Below, in pieces: positions 20,763 to 30,565 of a stretch of 64,000 nucleotides of DNA (positions are counted from its first letter, which is position 1; each line of letters begins with the position of its first letter). The notes under the pieces are model-generated. The model had not been told where the DNA came from. It ran no database searches and worked only from the letters and a program-made list of their open reading frames with translations. The stretch covers positions 2,912,001-2,976,000 of the forward strand of contig OZ240248.1 in assembly GCA_965198235.1 (NCBI GenBank). Reading direction: 5' to 3'. The stretch comes from Candidatus Poribacteria bacterium (GTDB taxonomy: Bacteria; Poribacteria; WGA-4E; WGA-3G). The position numbers and the translations under genes were made by a program.

Positions 20763-20829
20763 AGGGGAAAATTAATGCCTCAACGATTTGTTTAGGCAAT
20801 CCACTCACATTTCATAGGAGATTTGTAAA

Positions 20830-21636
20830 ATGACAAAAAATTGGGCAATACTATGCATTTTGGCGGTACTGGGGTTGGCATTGATCCCGCTGCACAGTTT
20901 CGCTGCAGTTGACCACGAGACCGCTGTCGGTGTTTGGCTTTTCGACGATGGCGATGTTAGCGATTCCAGCGGCAACGGAAACGATGGCGAACTTATAAAC
21001 GGTGCCGAGGTTACCGATGGCGGCAAGTGGGGAAAAGCCCTCAGCCTCGACGGTGACGATGACTACGTCAATGTCGCAAATTCAGCCAGCTTAGACAGCA
21101 CAGCTGAAGCCTACACGGGTGTCGCATGGGTAAAAATTCAAAGAAAAGGTGATCCCCACAGTGGATGTTGCGCCGACGACCACATGGTCATCGCCTTTAC
21201 GACCGATTGGAACAATATTTTAAATGTTTTTGGTCCCGGTAGAAGCGGAAATCAAGGGAAAGTCGAAGTCGGTAGTCGTGAGTTGAATCCACGCTGGCTC
21301 TTTGGACCTACCGCTGTCAACGATGATCAATGGCATCACCTCGCTTTCACCTACGACGGTGCGAAGAAAATCCTCTACATCGACGGTGAAGTTGACATTG
21401 AGCATGATACAACCGGTGTCTTTGGCGTAGCAGGTGTTGATGTCCATTTAGGTGGAACACCTACTCAAAGACAGGCGTTGGGATTGATGGACGAGATCGC
21501 AGTCTTCAATGTGCCACTCGAACAAGCCGATATTCAAAACCTGATGAACGATGGACTCGGCTCTGTGCTCGGTTTAACGCCTGTCACCCCGCAAGGACGG
21601 CTAACGACAACGTGGGCAGACATTAAGTCGCAATAA
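20830..21636 (+). CDS. Secreted LamG-like jellyroll protein
   Basis: Signal peptide, WLFDDG, WHHLAFTYDG, GLMDEIAVF, C-terminal PVTPQGRLTTTWADIK. Confidence 0.9.
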   Translation: MTKNWAILCILAVLGLALIPLHSFAAVDHETAVGVWLFDDGDVSDSSGNGNDGELINGAEVTDGGKWGKALSLDGDDDYVNVANSASLDSTAEAYTGVAWVKIQRKGDPHSGCCADDHMVIAFTTDWNNILNVFGPGRSGNQGKVEVGSRELNPRWLFGPTAVNDDQWHHLAFTYDGAKKILYIDGEVDIEHDTTGVFGVAGVDVHLGGTPTQRQALGLMDEIAVFNVPLEQADIQNLMNDGLGSVLGLTPVTPQGRLTTTWADIKSQ

Positions 21637-21706
21637 TTAAGTTAGATATAGTGGTAGTGGATGGGGTTAAAACTCCGTCCCTATACACTCCTATTCCCTC
21701 GAATCT

Positions 21707-22873
21707 ATGACCCCATTCAAATGTATCCTCGCGCTCCTGATACTGTTCCAGCCCTCACTTACCATTGCAGCACCGAGATACCATCCCGAAGCGGCACGGT
21801 TATATGACGTTGGATTACGCGCCCTCGCTCACGGAGAGCAGGAAAAAGCGAAAACCGCTTTAGAGAAAGCCGTCACACTGGATGCCTCGTTAGCGGATGC
21901 CCACTGCGTTTTGGGATTGATTTATAAAGGTGCTGAGGAGACCCACGCCGCGGCTGAAGCGTTTCAACAGGCGACAGTCGCAGATGAAAACTATATTGAG
22001 GCGTATTATGAGCTGGGTGATGTGTTGCTCATTCACTTAGGGGACACCGCACAAGCTACACAAGTCCTACAAAAAATAGTAGCGATGGATGCCGATCATG
22101 CGCGCACGCGGACCCTATTAGGCATCGCCTATTTTCGTGATAATCTGACCGATGCTGCCATTCGTGAACTTCAACACGCTATTAAACTCGATCCGACTTC
22201 GCTGATGGCACGCTACACGCTTGGTAATGCCTTTCTTCAACAGGAAGCGTGGCAGTCCGCTATTGATACTTTTAAAGAACTCATTGAAATTGATCCCTTC
22301 CACGTGAAGGCACATTTTTCTTTAGGCACCGCGTATCGCCGTATTGGGGAAACAGAAGTAGCACAGAGGAGTTTACAACGTTTTGAGGTTCTGTCTATTG
22401 AAGAAGAGCAGTTGACACATCTCAAGCGATTTGTGCGGCAAAACCCTACCAACTCCGAACCGTGGTACCGACTTGGCAGAATCCAACTAAGGCGGCAACT
22501 CTGGACTGAGGCAACGCAATCTTTGGAACGTTACGTTGCACTCGCGCCACAAAAGACGCGCGGCTATGAAGCACTCGGTTATGTCCACTTTCAGCACCAG
22601 AACTACAAGCAGGCGGCGGCGATGTACCAGAAAGCAATTCAGCAGAAACCGAACGTCGCAACGTACCGCAACAGTCTTGCCGGTGCTTATTTGATGTTAG
22701 AACAGTATTCCGAGGCGATAGAGCAATATCAAACAGCCATTCATTTAAAGCCTTCTGAACCGCGCTTCTATCTGAATCTCTCCAAAGCTTACGAACTCGC
22801 TGGGGCACACACAGAAGCAGAGAAGACCTATCAAGAATATGAACGTCTCACGTCAAAATCCACTTCTCAATAG
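21707..22873 (+). CDS. Secreted tetratricopeptide-repeat protein
   Basis: Signal peptide and about ten 34-aa repeats with A...LG...A...A...P pattern. Confidence 0.92.
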   Translation: MTPFKCILALLILFQPSLTIAAPRYHPEAARLYDVGLRALAHGEQEKAKTALEKAVTLDASLADAHCVLGLIYKGAEETHAAAEAFQQATVADENYIEAYYELGDVLLIHLGDTAQATQVLQKIVAMDADHARTRTLLGIAYFRDNLTDAAIRELQHAIKLDPTSLMARYTLGNAFLQQEAWQSAIDTFKELIEIDPFHVKAHFSLGTAYRRIGETEVAQRSLQRFEVLSIEEEQLTHLKRFVRQNPTNSEPWYRLGRIQLRRQLWTEATQSLERYVALAPQKTRGYEALGYVHFQHQNYKQAAAMYQKAIQQKPNVATYRNSLAGAYLMLEQYSEAIEQYQTAIHLKPSEPRFYLNLSKAYELAGAHTEAEKTYQEYERLTSKSTSQ

Positions 22874-23681
22874 CAAATTTTCGGCACTACTTGCAAGCCG
22901 AAATATCCTCATCTTACTTTATGTCCTCTTGGCGTTTTCACCCTGCGTGTGGACTGAACCCGAAATGTGTCTCATCCCCGCGGGGCATTTCACTATGGGT
23001 AGCGATGATGATCTGCCGAATGAAGCACCGGTACACAAAATCTATTTGGATGCCTATTATATCGGTAAAATGGAGGTAACCAACGCTGAATACCATCAGT
23101 TTTGGCTTGAAAACGGTGGAGTCGGTAGTGAGCACACCCCGATCAGTTATGACGGTGAATTTGGTACCTGGCCCCGCATCGCAAAAACGAAACCGAATCA
23201 TCCCGTCATGGGTGTATCATGGCGTTCTGCTGTTGCTTACGCGACGTGGCGAGGCATGCGGCTACCTACCGAAGCGGAATGGGAAAAGGCGGCACGCGGA
23301 ACAAACGCCAGACGGTGGCCCTGGGGTAATACCTTCACGCAACGCATCAAGGGAACAACCGTCCACGCGAACATACGGAAGCAATCGGGTGCGCATCTGC
23401 AACCCGTTGGTGCCTATCCTACAGGGATAAGTCCTTACGGCACACACGACATGGCGGGGAACGTCTGGGAATGGGTGGCTGACTGGTATTCCGAAACGTA
23501 CTATCATCAGAGTCCTGATCGAAATCCGAAAGGACCGGCAGTTGGGAGTCGGCGTGTTGTGAGAGGGGGATCGTGGTTGAACAAGGAAAAGTTAGCGAGG
23601 TGCTCCACTCGAATTGGGCAATACCCAGCGATCGGGACCAGTTTTATCGGATTCCGCCTCGCAAAAGATTATGAAAAGTAA
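22839..23681 (+). CDS. FGE-sulfatase (SUMF1) domain protein
   Basis: FTMGS, RLPTEAEWEKAARG, DMAGNVWEW, RGGSW, GFR. Confidence 0.92.
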   Translation: MNVSRQNPLLNSKFSALLASRNILILLYVLLAFSPCVWTEPEMCLIPAGHFTMGSDDDLPNEAPVHKIYLDAYYIGKMEVTNAEYHQFWLENGGVGSEHTPISYDGEFGTWPRIAKTKPNHPVMGVSWRSAVAYATWRGMRLPTEAEWEKAARGTNARRWPWGNTFTQRIKGTTVHANIRKQSGAHLQPVGAYPTGISPYGTHDMAGNVWEWVADWYSETYYHQSPDRNPKGPAVGSRRVVRGGSWLNKEKLARCSTRIGQYPAIGTSFIGFRLAKDYEK

Positions 23682-25803
23682 AGGCATAGGCATCCTCATA
23701 GTCCTCTTTGTATGTGTTCCATTCTCGCTGTCATCTGCCGCGATTCAATTCGTTGATGTGACTATGGAGGCAGGCATCAATTTTAGGCACATCAATGGTG
23801 CTGAGGGGGCATATCACCTGCCCGAAACCCTTGGTGCTGGTGGTGCCTTCTTCGATGCCGATAATGACGGTAATTTGGACCTTTACCTTGTTAACAGCGG
23901 TTATTGGAAGGAATCGTCCCCAACAGATAAAGCACTCGGTACGCTCTATCGTAACAACGGTGATGGAACCTTTACTGACATCACAATGACTGCAGGCGTA
24001 GGCAACCGCGGCAACTACGGACAAGGCGCAGTTTGCGCCGATTACGACAACGATGGCGATGTAGATCTTTACGTGACCAATTTTGGTGTCAATGTGCTCT
24101 ACCGCAATAATGGTGATGGAACCTTTACCGATGTCACAACTCACGCGGGAATCGGCGACCCAGCTTGGAGTAGCAGCGCGTGCTTTCTGGACTATAACCA
24201 AGACGGGCACCTCGATCTGTTCGTTGTTAACTATCTTGTGTATTCGCTGGATGTTCCCTACCGTCCATGCGGGGAAGACGGGATTCAAACCTATTGTCAT
24301 CCTTCCCTCTTTGAAGGCGCGCCTGATACACTCTATCGCAACAACGGCGATGGAACTTTTACGGATGTCAGCCATGAAGCCGGTGTTGGAGGTATTGGTG
24401 GCTTGTTTCACGGAAAAGGATTAGGGGTCGTCTCAGCCGACTTCAACAACGATGGTGTTCCAGACCTTTATGTCGCAAATGACGATACCCGAAACGATTT
24501 TTTTTATAACAACGGTGATGGAACGTTCAGTGAAATTTCGCTGCTCGCTGGATGTGCTTACAGTTTCAATGGTGTTGCACAAGCAGGGATGGGTGTTGCC
24601 ACTGACGATTACAACGGCGACGGATGGTTCGATATTTTCGTTACAAACCTCTCTTATGAAACCAATGCGCTTTACCGTAACAACGGTGATGGTACGTTTA
24701 CTGATGTCATTTATGAAGCACATCTCGGTAAAGAGAGTTACCTGTTCGTCGGATTCGGCACAGGCTTCTTAGATGCTGATAACGATGGCTGGCGAGATAT
24801 ATTCATCGCTAATGGGCATATCATTGACAATATTGAAGACACACATGATATCCTGACCTATCGCCAACGCGATCAAATTTTCCGTAATCAAGGAGATGGC
24901 ACATTTCAAGAGGTATCAGCGAGCGCGGGAGACTATTTTCAAAGCACCGCAGTCAGCCGCGGTGCGCTTTTCGGTGATTATGATAACGACGGGGATGTCG
25001 ATATGCTCGTCACACAGTCTAACGGTCCTGTAACCTTATTGCGAAACGAGACCGAAACACAACACAACTGGGTTCGGATTAAAACTGTCGGTGTTATCAG
25101 CAGTCGGGACGGAATAGGGACGCGCGTTACCTTGACGGCAGGCGGACACACACAAATACGGGAGATCAATCGAGGCGCAAGTTACCTGTCCAGTCACGAC
25201 GGTCGACTCCACTTCGGATTAGGAGCGCACACGACCGTTGATAGGCTTGAGGTGCGGTGGCAGAGCGGTGTTGTGCAAGTCTTTGAGAATCTCCCCACAA
25301 ATCGGGAACACGTCATCTCTGAATTTTCAGACACACCCGAGGATAGACTCTTCAAAGCTGCATGGACAGGTGATACTACGACTCTTCACAACGCGATCGC
25401 CGATGTGAACGTAGAAGATGCACTCGGCAGGACACCATTGCACATCGCTGCAGAAAAGGGGTACGGGGATGTAGTGATGTTTTTCGTCGAAAATGGAGCA
25501 GACGTGAACATCACAGATGCCAACGGCAATACACCGCTAATCTTTATTATTCACAAGACAGGAAATCTGGAGATTACCAAACGATTGATTGCGAGAGGTG
25601 CGGTCGTCAATGCCCAAAACCGTACCGGTGAAACAGCGTTGATGTATGCGGCGTGGCGTGGGCATTCTGAGATTGTCGAGTTTCTGCTTGAGAACCACGC
25701 CGATGCTACTCTGAAAAACAGACAAGGCGACACCGCGCTGACGTTAGCGGAATCAAGAGGGCATCTCGACATTGTGCAGATACTCCAAGCAACCATGAAA
25801 TAG
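23671..25803 (+). CDS. CRTAC1-like FG-GAP/VCBS + ASPIC/UnbV protein with C-terminal ankyrin repeats
   Basis: Many DYDNDGDxDL and YRNNGDGTF repeats, SYLS...LHFGLG, then GRTPLHIAA / GNTPL / GETALMYAA / GDTAL. Start placed at MKSKG. Confidence 0.9.
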   Translation: MKSKGIGILIVLFVCVPFSLSSAAIQFVDVTMEAGINFRHINGAEGAYHLPETLGAGGAFFDADNDGNLDLYLVNSGYWKESSPTDKALGTLYRNNGDGTFTDITMTAGVGNRGNYGQGAVCADYDNDGDVDLYVTNFGVNVLYRNNGDGTFTDVTTHAGIGDPAWSSSACFLDYNQDGHLDLFVVNYLVYSLDVPYRPCGEDGIQTYCHPSLFEGAPDTLYRNNGDGTFTDVSHEAGVGGIGGLFHGKGLGVVSADFNNDGVPDLYVANDDTRNDFFYNNGDGTFSEISLLAGCAYSFNGVAQAGMGVATDDYNGDGWFDIFVTNLSYETNALYRNNGDGTFTDVIYEAHLGKESYLFVGFGTGFLDADNDGWRDIFIANGHIIDNIEDTHDILTYRQRDQIFRNQGDGTFQEVSASAGDYFQSTAVSRGALFGDYDNDGDVDMLVTQSNGPVTLLRNETETQHNWVRIKTVGVISSRDGIGTRVTLTAGGHTQIREINRGASYLSSHDGRLHFGLGAHTTVDRLEVRWQSGVVQVFENLPTNREHVISEFSDTPEDRLFKAAWTGDTTTLHNAIADVNVEDALGRTPLHIAAEKGYGDVVMFFVENGADVNITDANGNTPLIFIIHKTGNLEITKRLIARGAVVNAQNRTGETALMYAAWRGHSEIVEFLLENHADATLKNRQGDTALTLAESRGHLDIVQILQATMK

Positions 25804-25843
25804 GTGCATCTATGAAAGACTGAGAAAACTTTAGGAGAATTAC

Positions 25844-27754
25844 ATGCCTTCGGCTTTAACCCGCGGTGTCACCTTCAAATCGGTTATATTATCACTCATC
25901 CTTATCCCGATCAACTGCTATTGGATTATGTACACGGAAATGGTCTGGTGGGGGCTTTTTCCGACAACAATGTCCCTATTTTTCAATGCGGTCTTCTTCG
26001 TATTTATGATCACCCTCCTCAATCTACTTGTCCGGCGGATAAATCGGCAGTGGGCATTGACACACGGCGAACTGCTTGTCATCTATGTGATGCTTTGCAT
26101 GGCGAGTGCGATTGCGTCCCATGACCACGCCCAAGTGCTCATCCCGATGATCGGACACGTCTTCTGGTTTGATACACCTGAAAACGAATGGCGAGAACTC
26201 TTATACCGATATATACCGACGTGGGGAACAGTCCAAGATAAGGCGATTTTAGAAGGGTTTTACGAAGGACAGACAACGTTTTATCGCATAGAGGTGCTAC
26301 AAGTATGGCTCGGCCCGGCTTTGTGGTGGACGAGTTTCATTGTAGTCCTTGTGTTTGTGATGTTGTGTATCAACGTTGTACTGCGGAAGCAGTGGACTGA
26401 ACGTGAGAAACTCGCCTACCCAATCATCCAGTTACCGTTAGAAATGACGCGCGACAGCGGTGCGAACTTCTTCAGAGGTAGACCCTTTTGGACGGCATTT
26501 ATCCTCGTCTCGTTGCTGAACCTTATTAACGGGTTCAGCTACCTCTTCCCGACGATTCCGATTATTGGCGTTCGGTTTCGGAATATCAGTCAATTTTTCA
26601 CGGAAAAGCCGTGGAACGCCATCGGTTGGACCCCCTTTTCTATCTATCCGTTCGTCATCGGACTCGGATTCTTTATGCCTTTGGACTTATCGTTCTCTTG
26701 CTGGTTTTTCTATCTGTTTCGCAAGATGCAACGAGTCGGCGGAGCCATCATTGGGATTCGGGGATTACCGGGTTTTCCTTACGACCGCCAACAGTCACTG
26801 GGTGCGTATCTTGGGCTTGCGATTTTCGCGGTATGGGCAAGCCGAAAATACCTCGCAGAAGTCTTTAAACAGGTCGCCACGGGACGCTCCAGCCTTGATG
26901 AATCGGTTGAGCCGATGCGGTATCGGACTGCTATTGTGGGTATTGTGTTAGGATGTATCTATCTCATCGCGTTTTCTGTAAAGATAGGCATTAGTATTTC
27001 GCTCGGCATTGCCTTTTTCGTGATGTATTTCGCGCTGTCAACAGGTATTACCCGGATGCGGGTGGAATCGGGTGCCCCAGCACACGATCTCCATTATATG
27101 GGACCGGATTACGCCTTACCGACGATTCTTGGCTCACGAGGTATGGGGGGGTCTAATCTCACAGCACTTTCCTTCCTATTTTTCTTCAATCGTGCGCACC
27201 GTAGCCACCCAATGCCACATCAGTTAGAGGGGTTCCAACTCGCCTCGCGGGCGCGGTTTAATCCGAAGCCGCTGGTGTGGGTAATACTCTTAGCAGTTCT
27301 TGTCGGTTCGATCGGTTCTTTCTGGGCATATTTGCACGATGTCTATCGCTTTGGATCGGCAGGGAGTTTTGCACATCATCCTTTCAATCGACTCCAGCAA
27401 CAACTTAATTTTCCGATGGGACCGAATATCCCGGAAGTGACATCCATGGGCATCGGGATGGGGTTCACGTTTCTTTTGATGTTTTTACGGATGCGTTTCT
27501 TTTGGTGGCCCTTCCATGCCGTTGGCTATGCTGTCTCAGGGGCAGCGGATTGGTGTATGAACTGGCTCTGGATCTCACTTGTGATTAGCACGACCGCAAA
27601 ATGGCTGATTATCAAGCACGGTGGATTGCAGTTGCATCGAAAGGCGGCACCATTCTTCTTCGGTTTAATTCTCGGCGAGTTCGTCGCGGGGAGTTTATGG
27701 AGTTTCTACGGGATGGTGACAGAAACGCGCATATTTCCGTTTAAAGATTGGTAA
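25844..27754 (+). CDS. Polytopic membrane protein, DUF6785/DUF6784-like (possible OPT-type transporter)
   Basis: Many TM helices with RKQW...EKLAYPIIQLP, RMRVESGAP, WWPFH.VGY and FFFGLILGE. Confidence 0.7.
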   Translation: MPSALTRGVTFKSVILSLILIPINCYWIMYTEMVWWGLFPTTMSLFFNAVFFVFMITLLNLLVRRINRQWALTHGELLVIYVMLCMASAIASHDHAQVLIPMIGHVFWFDTPENEWRELLYRYIPTWGTVQDKAILEGFYEGQTTFYRIEVLQVWLGPALWWTSFIVVLVFVMLCINVVLRKQWTEREKLAYPIIQLPLEMTRDSGANFFRGRPFWTAFILVSLLNLINGFSYLFPTIPIIGVRFRNISQFFTEKPWNAIGWTPFSIYPFVIGLGFFMPLDLSFSCWFFYLFRKMQRVGGAIIGIRGLPGFPYDRQQSLGAYLGLAIFAVWASRKYLAEVFKQVATGRSSLDESVEPMRYRTAIVGIVLGCIYLIAFSVKIGISISLGIAFFVMYFALSTGITRMRVESGAPAHDLHYMGPDYALPTILGSRGMGGSNLTALSFLFFFNRAHRSHPMPHQLEGFQLASRARFNPKPLVWVILLAVLVGSIGSFWAYLHDVYRFGSAGSFAHHPFNRLQQQLNFPMGPNIPEVTSMGIGMGFTFLLMFLRMRFFWWPFHAVGYAVSGAADWCMNWLWISLVISTTAKWLIIKHGGLQLHRKAAPFFFGLILGEFVAGSLWSFYGMVTETRIFPFKDW

Positions 27755-27847
27755 TTAATCTTCTGAACGATTCTATCGCCGATTCTACCTCGTCGAAATA
27801 CATTTTGCGTCCTATGGCATTTTAACCTCAGCGTGCGAACATGTTCG

Positions 27848-27878
27848 TATTTTGATAATGAAACTCATTATCAAAATA
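27848..27878. promoter_or_regulatory. Fur-box palindrome
   Basis: GATAATGAAACTCATTATC (27854-27872) matches the Fur consensus GATAATGATAATCATTATC at 17/19 and lies within a perfect 14-3-14 inverted repeat. Confidence 0.7.
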
Positions 27879-28252
27879 TGTTTTTCCAAAGTAATGATAT
27901 TTCGCTCGGAATCCAGACAACCACTGGGTTCATGGACTTAATACTGCGGAATTCTACTGTACATTTTGAATCAAAAAGTGTCCGTTATTTAACAACAGGA
28001 TGCCAGATAATTGCAACAGAATTTCTCCCTAATTATCTGATCTGGATAGGATTGTAGGTTGGGTTGAACGGCAGGAAACTAAGTATTATTCATTCAAATA
28101 GAGGTTCTGCTAATCCGATGCGATTGTTGTCTATGGAGTTGATAGTGAAACCTAACATCTCAACGACTTACAAAAAATCCGCCTGTTAAAATCGAATGCC
28201 CACTTTAACACATTTTAACAAACGAAATGTTCTAATCACACGCCGAGGTGCC

Positions 28253-28282
28253 TTGACCTATTTTCCAGTTTCGTGGTAAACT
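28253..28282 (+). promoter_or_regulatory. sigma70-type promoter of the VOC gene
   Basis: TTGACC-N18-TAAACT with extended TG, then an AGGAGG RBS. Confidence 0.5.
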
Positions 28283-28318
28283 GAGATTACTGATTTCGAT
28301 ACCGTAGGAGGGTGAAAA

Positions 28319-28795
28319 ATGTTAGCCGTTAAGGAACTTGGCCATGTCGGACTCTACTGCAGCGATGTACAAAAGTCCCAAGACTTCTATACCCATATTC
28401 TCGGTCTCACCGTTACCGACGCGCATCCAGAAGGACATATTATTTTCCTGAGTGCGCAGCCAGAATCGGAACACCACGAACTTGCGTTGTGTCCGGGCAG
28501 GGATGCCCCACCCGGCGCAAAGGTTGTTCAACAGGTCTCGTTTATTGTTGAGGATCTCGCGGATTTAAAACAGTTCCACGCGCTTCTGAAGTCGGAAGGG
28601 GTAAGGATTCGGAGTGTAGTAAATCACGGTATTGCTCTGGCGATTTACTTCTATGATCCAGATGAGAATGTCGTTGAGATTTATGCGAAGACTCCCTACA
28701 AGATTCCGCAGCCATTCTCTGAGGACGTAGACCTTGACTTGGACGATGATCAGCTCATGAAGATCGCTGAGACCGGCACTTCTACAGCAGACTGA
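28319..28795 (+). CDS. VOC / glyoxalase family protein
   Basis: LGHVGL...FY..ILGL, HHELAL, IYFYDPDENVVEI. Confidence 0.9.
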   Translation: MLAVKELGHVGLYCSDVQKSQDFYTHILGLTVTDAHPEGHIIFLSAQPESEHHELALCPGRDAPPGAKVVQQVSFIVEDLADLKQFHALLKSEGVRIRSVVNHGIALAIYFYDPDENVVEIYAKTPYKIPQPFSEDVDLDLDDDQLMKIAETGTSTAD

Positions 28796-28815
28796 AAAGT
28801 GAGCAGGAAACTACC

Positions 28816-28863
28816 GTAAGGCGAGGTGTCTTTGGGGAAATACCCAAGCAAAAACACCTCGCC
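28816..28863. repeat. REP-like palindrome GGCGAGGTGT...ACACCTCGCC
   Basis: 10-bp perfect arms. Related copies occur at ~12555, ~18274 and ~38207, and its loop sequence recurs at ~6750, 9406, ~30505 and ~32740. Confidence 0.7.
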
Positions 28864-28988
28864 GATCGATTTCAAATGCGGGAAGGGGTACAGGGCTATC
28901 GGAAGTTTCCTCCTACGAGGGGAGGTGAGTCAGCAACCAGCAAGTGTTGAGAGCGAGGTTCGTTTCTAATGGTGAAGGTTCTATGCTC

Positions 28989-30338
28989 CTAAGATAACTC
29001 TTTCAAACTGCCGGTGCTATCGCCTAATTGTGCAAGGTTGACATCCATGCGATTGAGCATTGATAGCCAGAGATTGTTAAGCGGGGTCTCTTTCGGATAG
29101 CGAATATGACGACCACTTTTGATCGTGCCACAGCCATTTCCAGCGAGCAGAATTGGGAGATTGTGGTGGCTGTGTCGGTTGCCATCTGCATTCCCGCTAC
29201 CGTACAGAATCATTGAATGATCCAAGAGCGAACCCTCCCCTTCAGGGGTAGCGTTGAGTTTTTCCAGGAAGTATGCCAACTGTTGAGAATGGAAAATATC
29301 AATTCGTTTGATTTTTTCTATTTTCTCTTCATCACCACTGTGATGTGACAAGTAGTGGTGTCCGTCTGAAACATCGACAAACGGATAGGGTCTGTTGCTT
29401 CCTTCATTTGCGAGGACGCAGGTTGTAACGCGGGTTACATCCGCCTGAAATGCGAGTACCATCAGGTCCATCATCAGACGCAGATGCTCCTGATAATCTG
29501 CTGGAATTTCCTCCGGCACGGTATAATCAGGGCTTTCGATGGGGGGGTACTTTTCAGCCGATGCGATTCTCAACTCGATATCCCGAATGGCGGAGAAGTA
29601 CTCATCGAGTTTCCGGACATCGTTCCCGCTGACTTGACGGATTAACTCTTTTGAGTCCTGTCTGACAAAATCGAGGATACTTTTTCGCTGTTGATCGCGT
29701 TCTTCTCGTTGTGTGTCAGGCAGAGAGGAGAATAGCCGTTCAAAAGCAAGTTTCGGATTTACCTCTTTGGGAAGCGGTTGCGTAGAAGAACGCCATGACA
29801 GTGTTGATGAATAGACGCAGCTATAGCCAGAATCGCAATTTCCTGCCCTTCTTCCAGGATCGATTCCGAGTTCAAGCGAAGGCATTCGGGTCCGGTTACC
29901 GATATGCGATGCCGCGACTTGGTCAACAGAAACGCCAGCCTGAATGTCAGCACCATCAGTTTTACGGGGCTGTGCGCCTGTAAGGAACGCCGCCATGGCA
30001 CGGGCGTGATCGCCACCGCCGTCCCCGTTAGCACGGGCTTTATCAGCCGTTAGACCGCTTAGCACCAACATCTTGTCTTTCACATTTTCCAGTGGTTTCA
30101 GGATATCCGTGAGTTCATAGTTAGCTCCGATCTGCTTTGGGGTCCAATCCTCCATAATCTTTCCGTTGGGCACGTAAAGGAATGCCATCCGATTCGGAGC
30201 TGTCTGGTGTGCTACCCCACTCGCGGGAGCGTTTGCCCACGATGTAACGGGTCCCATCACTTCCAGCCACGGTAGAGCGATACTAACTCCCAAACCGCGT
30301 AAAAACGTTCGACGTGAAAGTTGCTTTGAAGTATTCAT
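28989..30338 (-). CDS. DUF1552 protein with Tat signal
   Basis: SRRTFLRGLG...ALPWLE, FLYVPNG, GDHAR, CDSGYSC.Y, HYLSHH, H.H.NLP. Confidence 0.93.
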   Translation of the reverse strand: MNTSKQLSRRTFLRGLGVSIALPWLEVMGPVTSWANAPASGVAHQTAPNRMAFLYVPNGKIMEDWTPKQIGANYELTDILKPLENVKDKMLVLSGLTADKARANGDGGGDHARAMAAFLTGAQPRKTDGADIQAGVSVDQVAASHIGNRTRMPSLELGIDPGRRAGNCDSGYSCVYSSTLSWRSSTQPLPKEVNPKLAFERLFSSLPDTQREERDQQRKSILDFVRQDSKELIRQVSGNDVRKLDEYFSAIRDIELRIASAEKYPPIESPDYTVPEEIPADYQEHLRLMMDLMVLAFQADVTRVTTCVLANEGSNRPYPFVDVSDGHHYLSHHSGDEEKIEKIKRIDIFHSQQLAYFLEKLNATPEGEGSLLDHSMILYGSGNADGNRHSHHNLPILLAGNGCGTIKSGRHIRYPKETPLNNLWLSMLNRMDVNLAQLGDSTGSLKELS

Positions 30339-30438
30339 AATTATTCCTTCGTCAGCTTCCCACAGTTAAAGCAGTGCGAAACTTGCGGAGCCGCTGCCGT
30401 CACTATATGATTTCTCGTTTCATAACGCCTATATCACA

Positions 30439-30467
30439 ATTATACCTTATTTTACATGGATTGTCAA
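30439..30467 (-). promoter_or_regulatory. Consensus sigma70 promoter of the DUF1552 gene
   Basis: TTGACA-N17-TATAAT on the minus strand. Confidence 0.75.
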
Positions 30468-30565
30468 GTGTTTGTGCAGAGCCATTCGGCTCTCTTGTAG
30501 GAGGGGGGGAAACGCCCTATCAAAAACACTCCGATTCCCGACTCCTCTAAGTGTTTATGGCGTGT

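Noticed and set aside
20801-20814. 14-bp match CCACTCACATTTCA upstream of the LamG gene and (minus strand, 35319-35332) upstream of the DUF1592 gene
   Set aside because: Several 14-mer matches are expected by chance in 64 kb and there are only two copies. Worth revisiting only with genome-wide counts.
27833-28057. 74-aa ORF spanning the Fur box
   Set aside because: No RBS, no recognisable motif, and it overlaps a regulatory palindrome.
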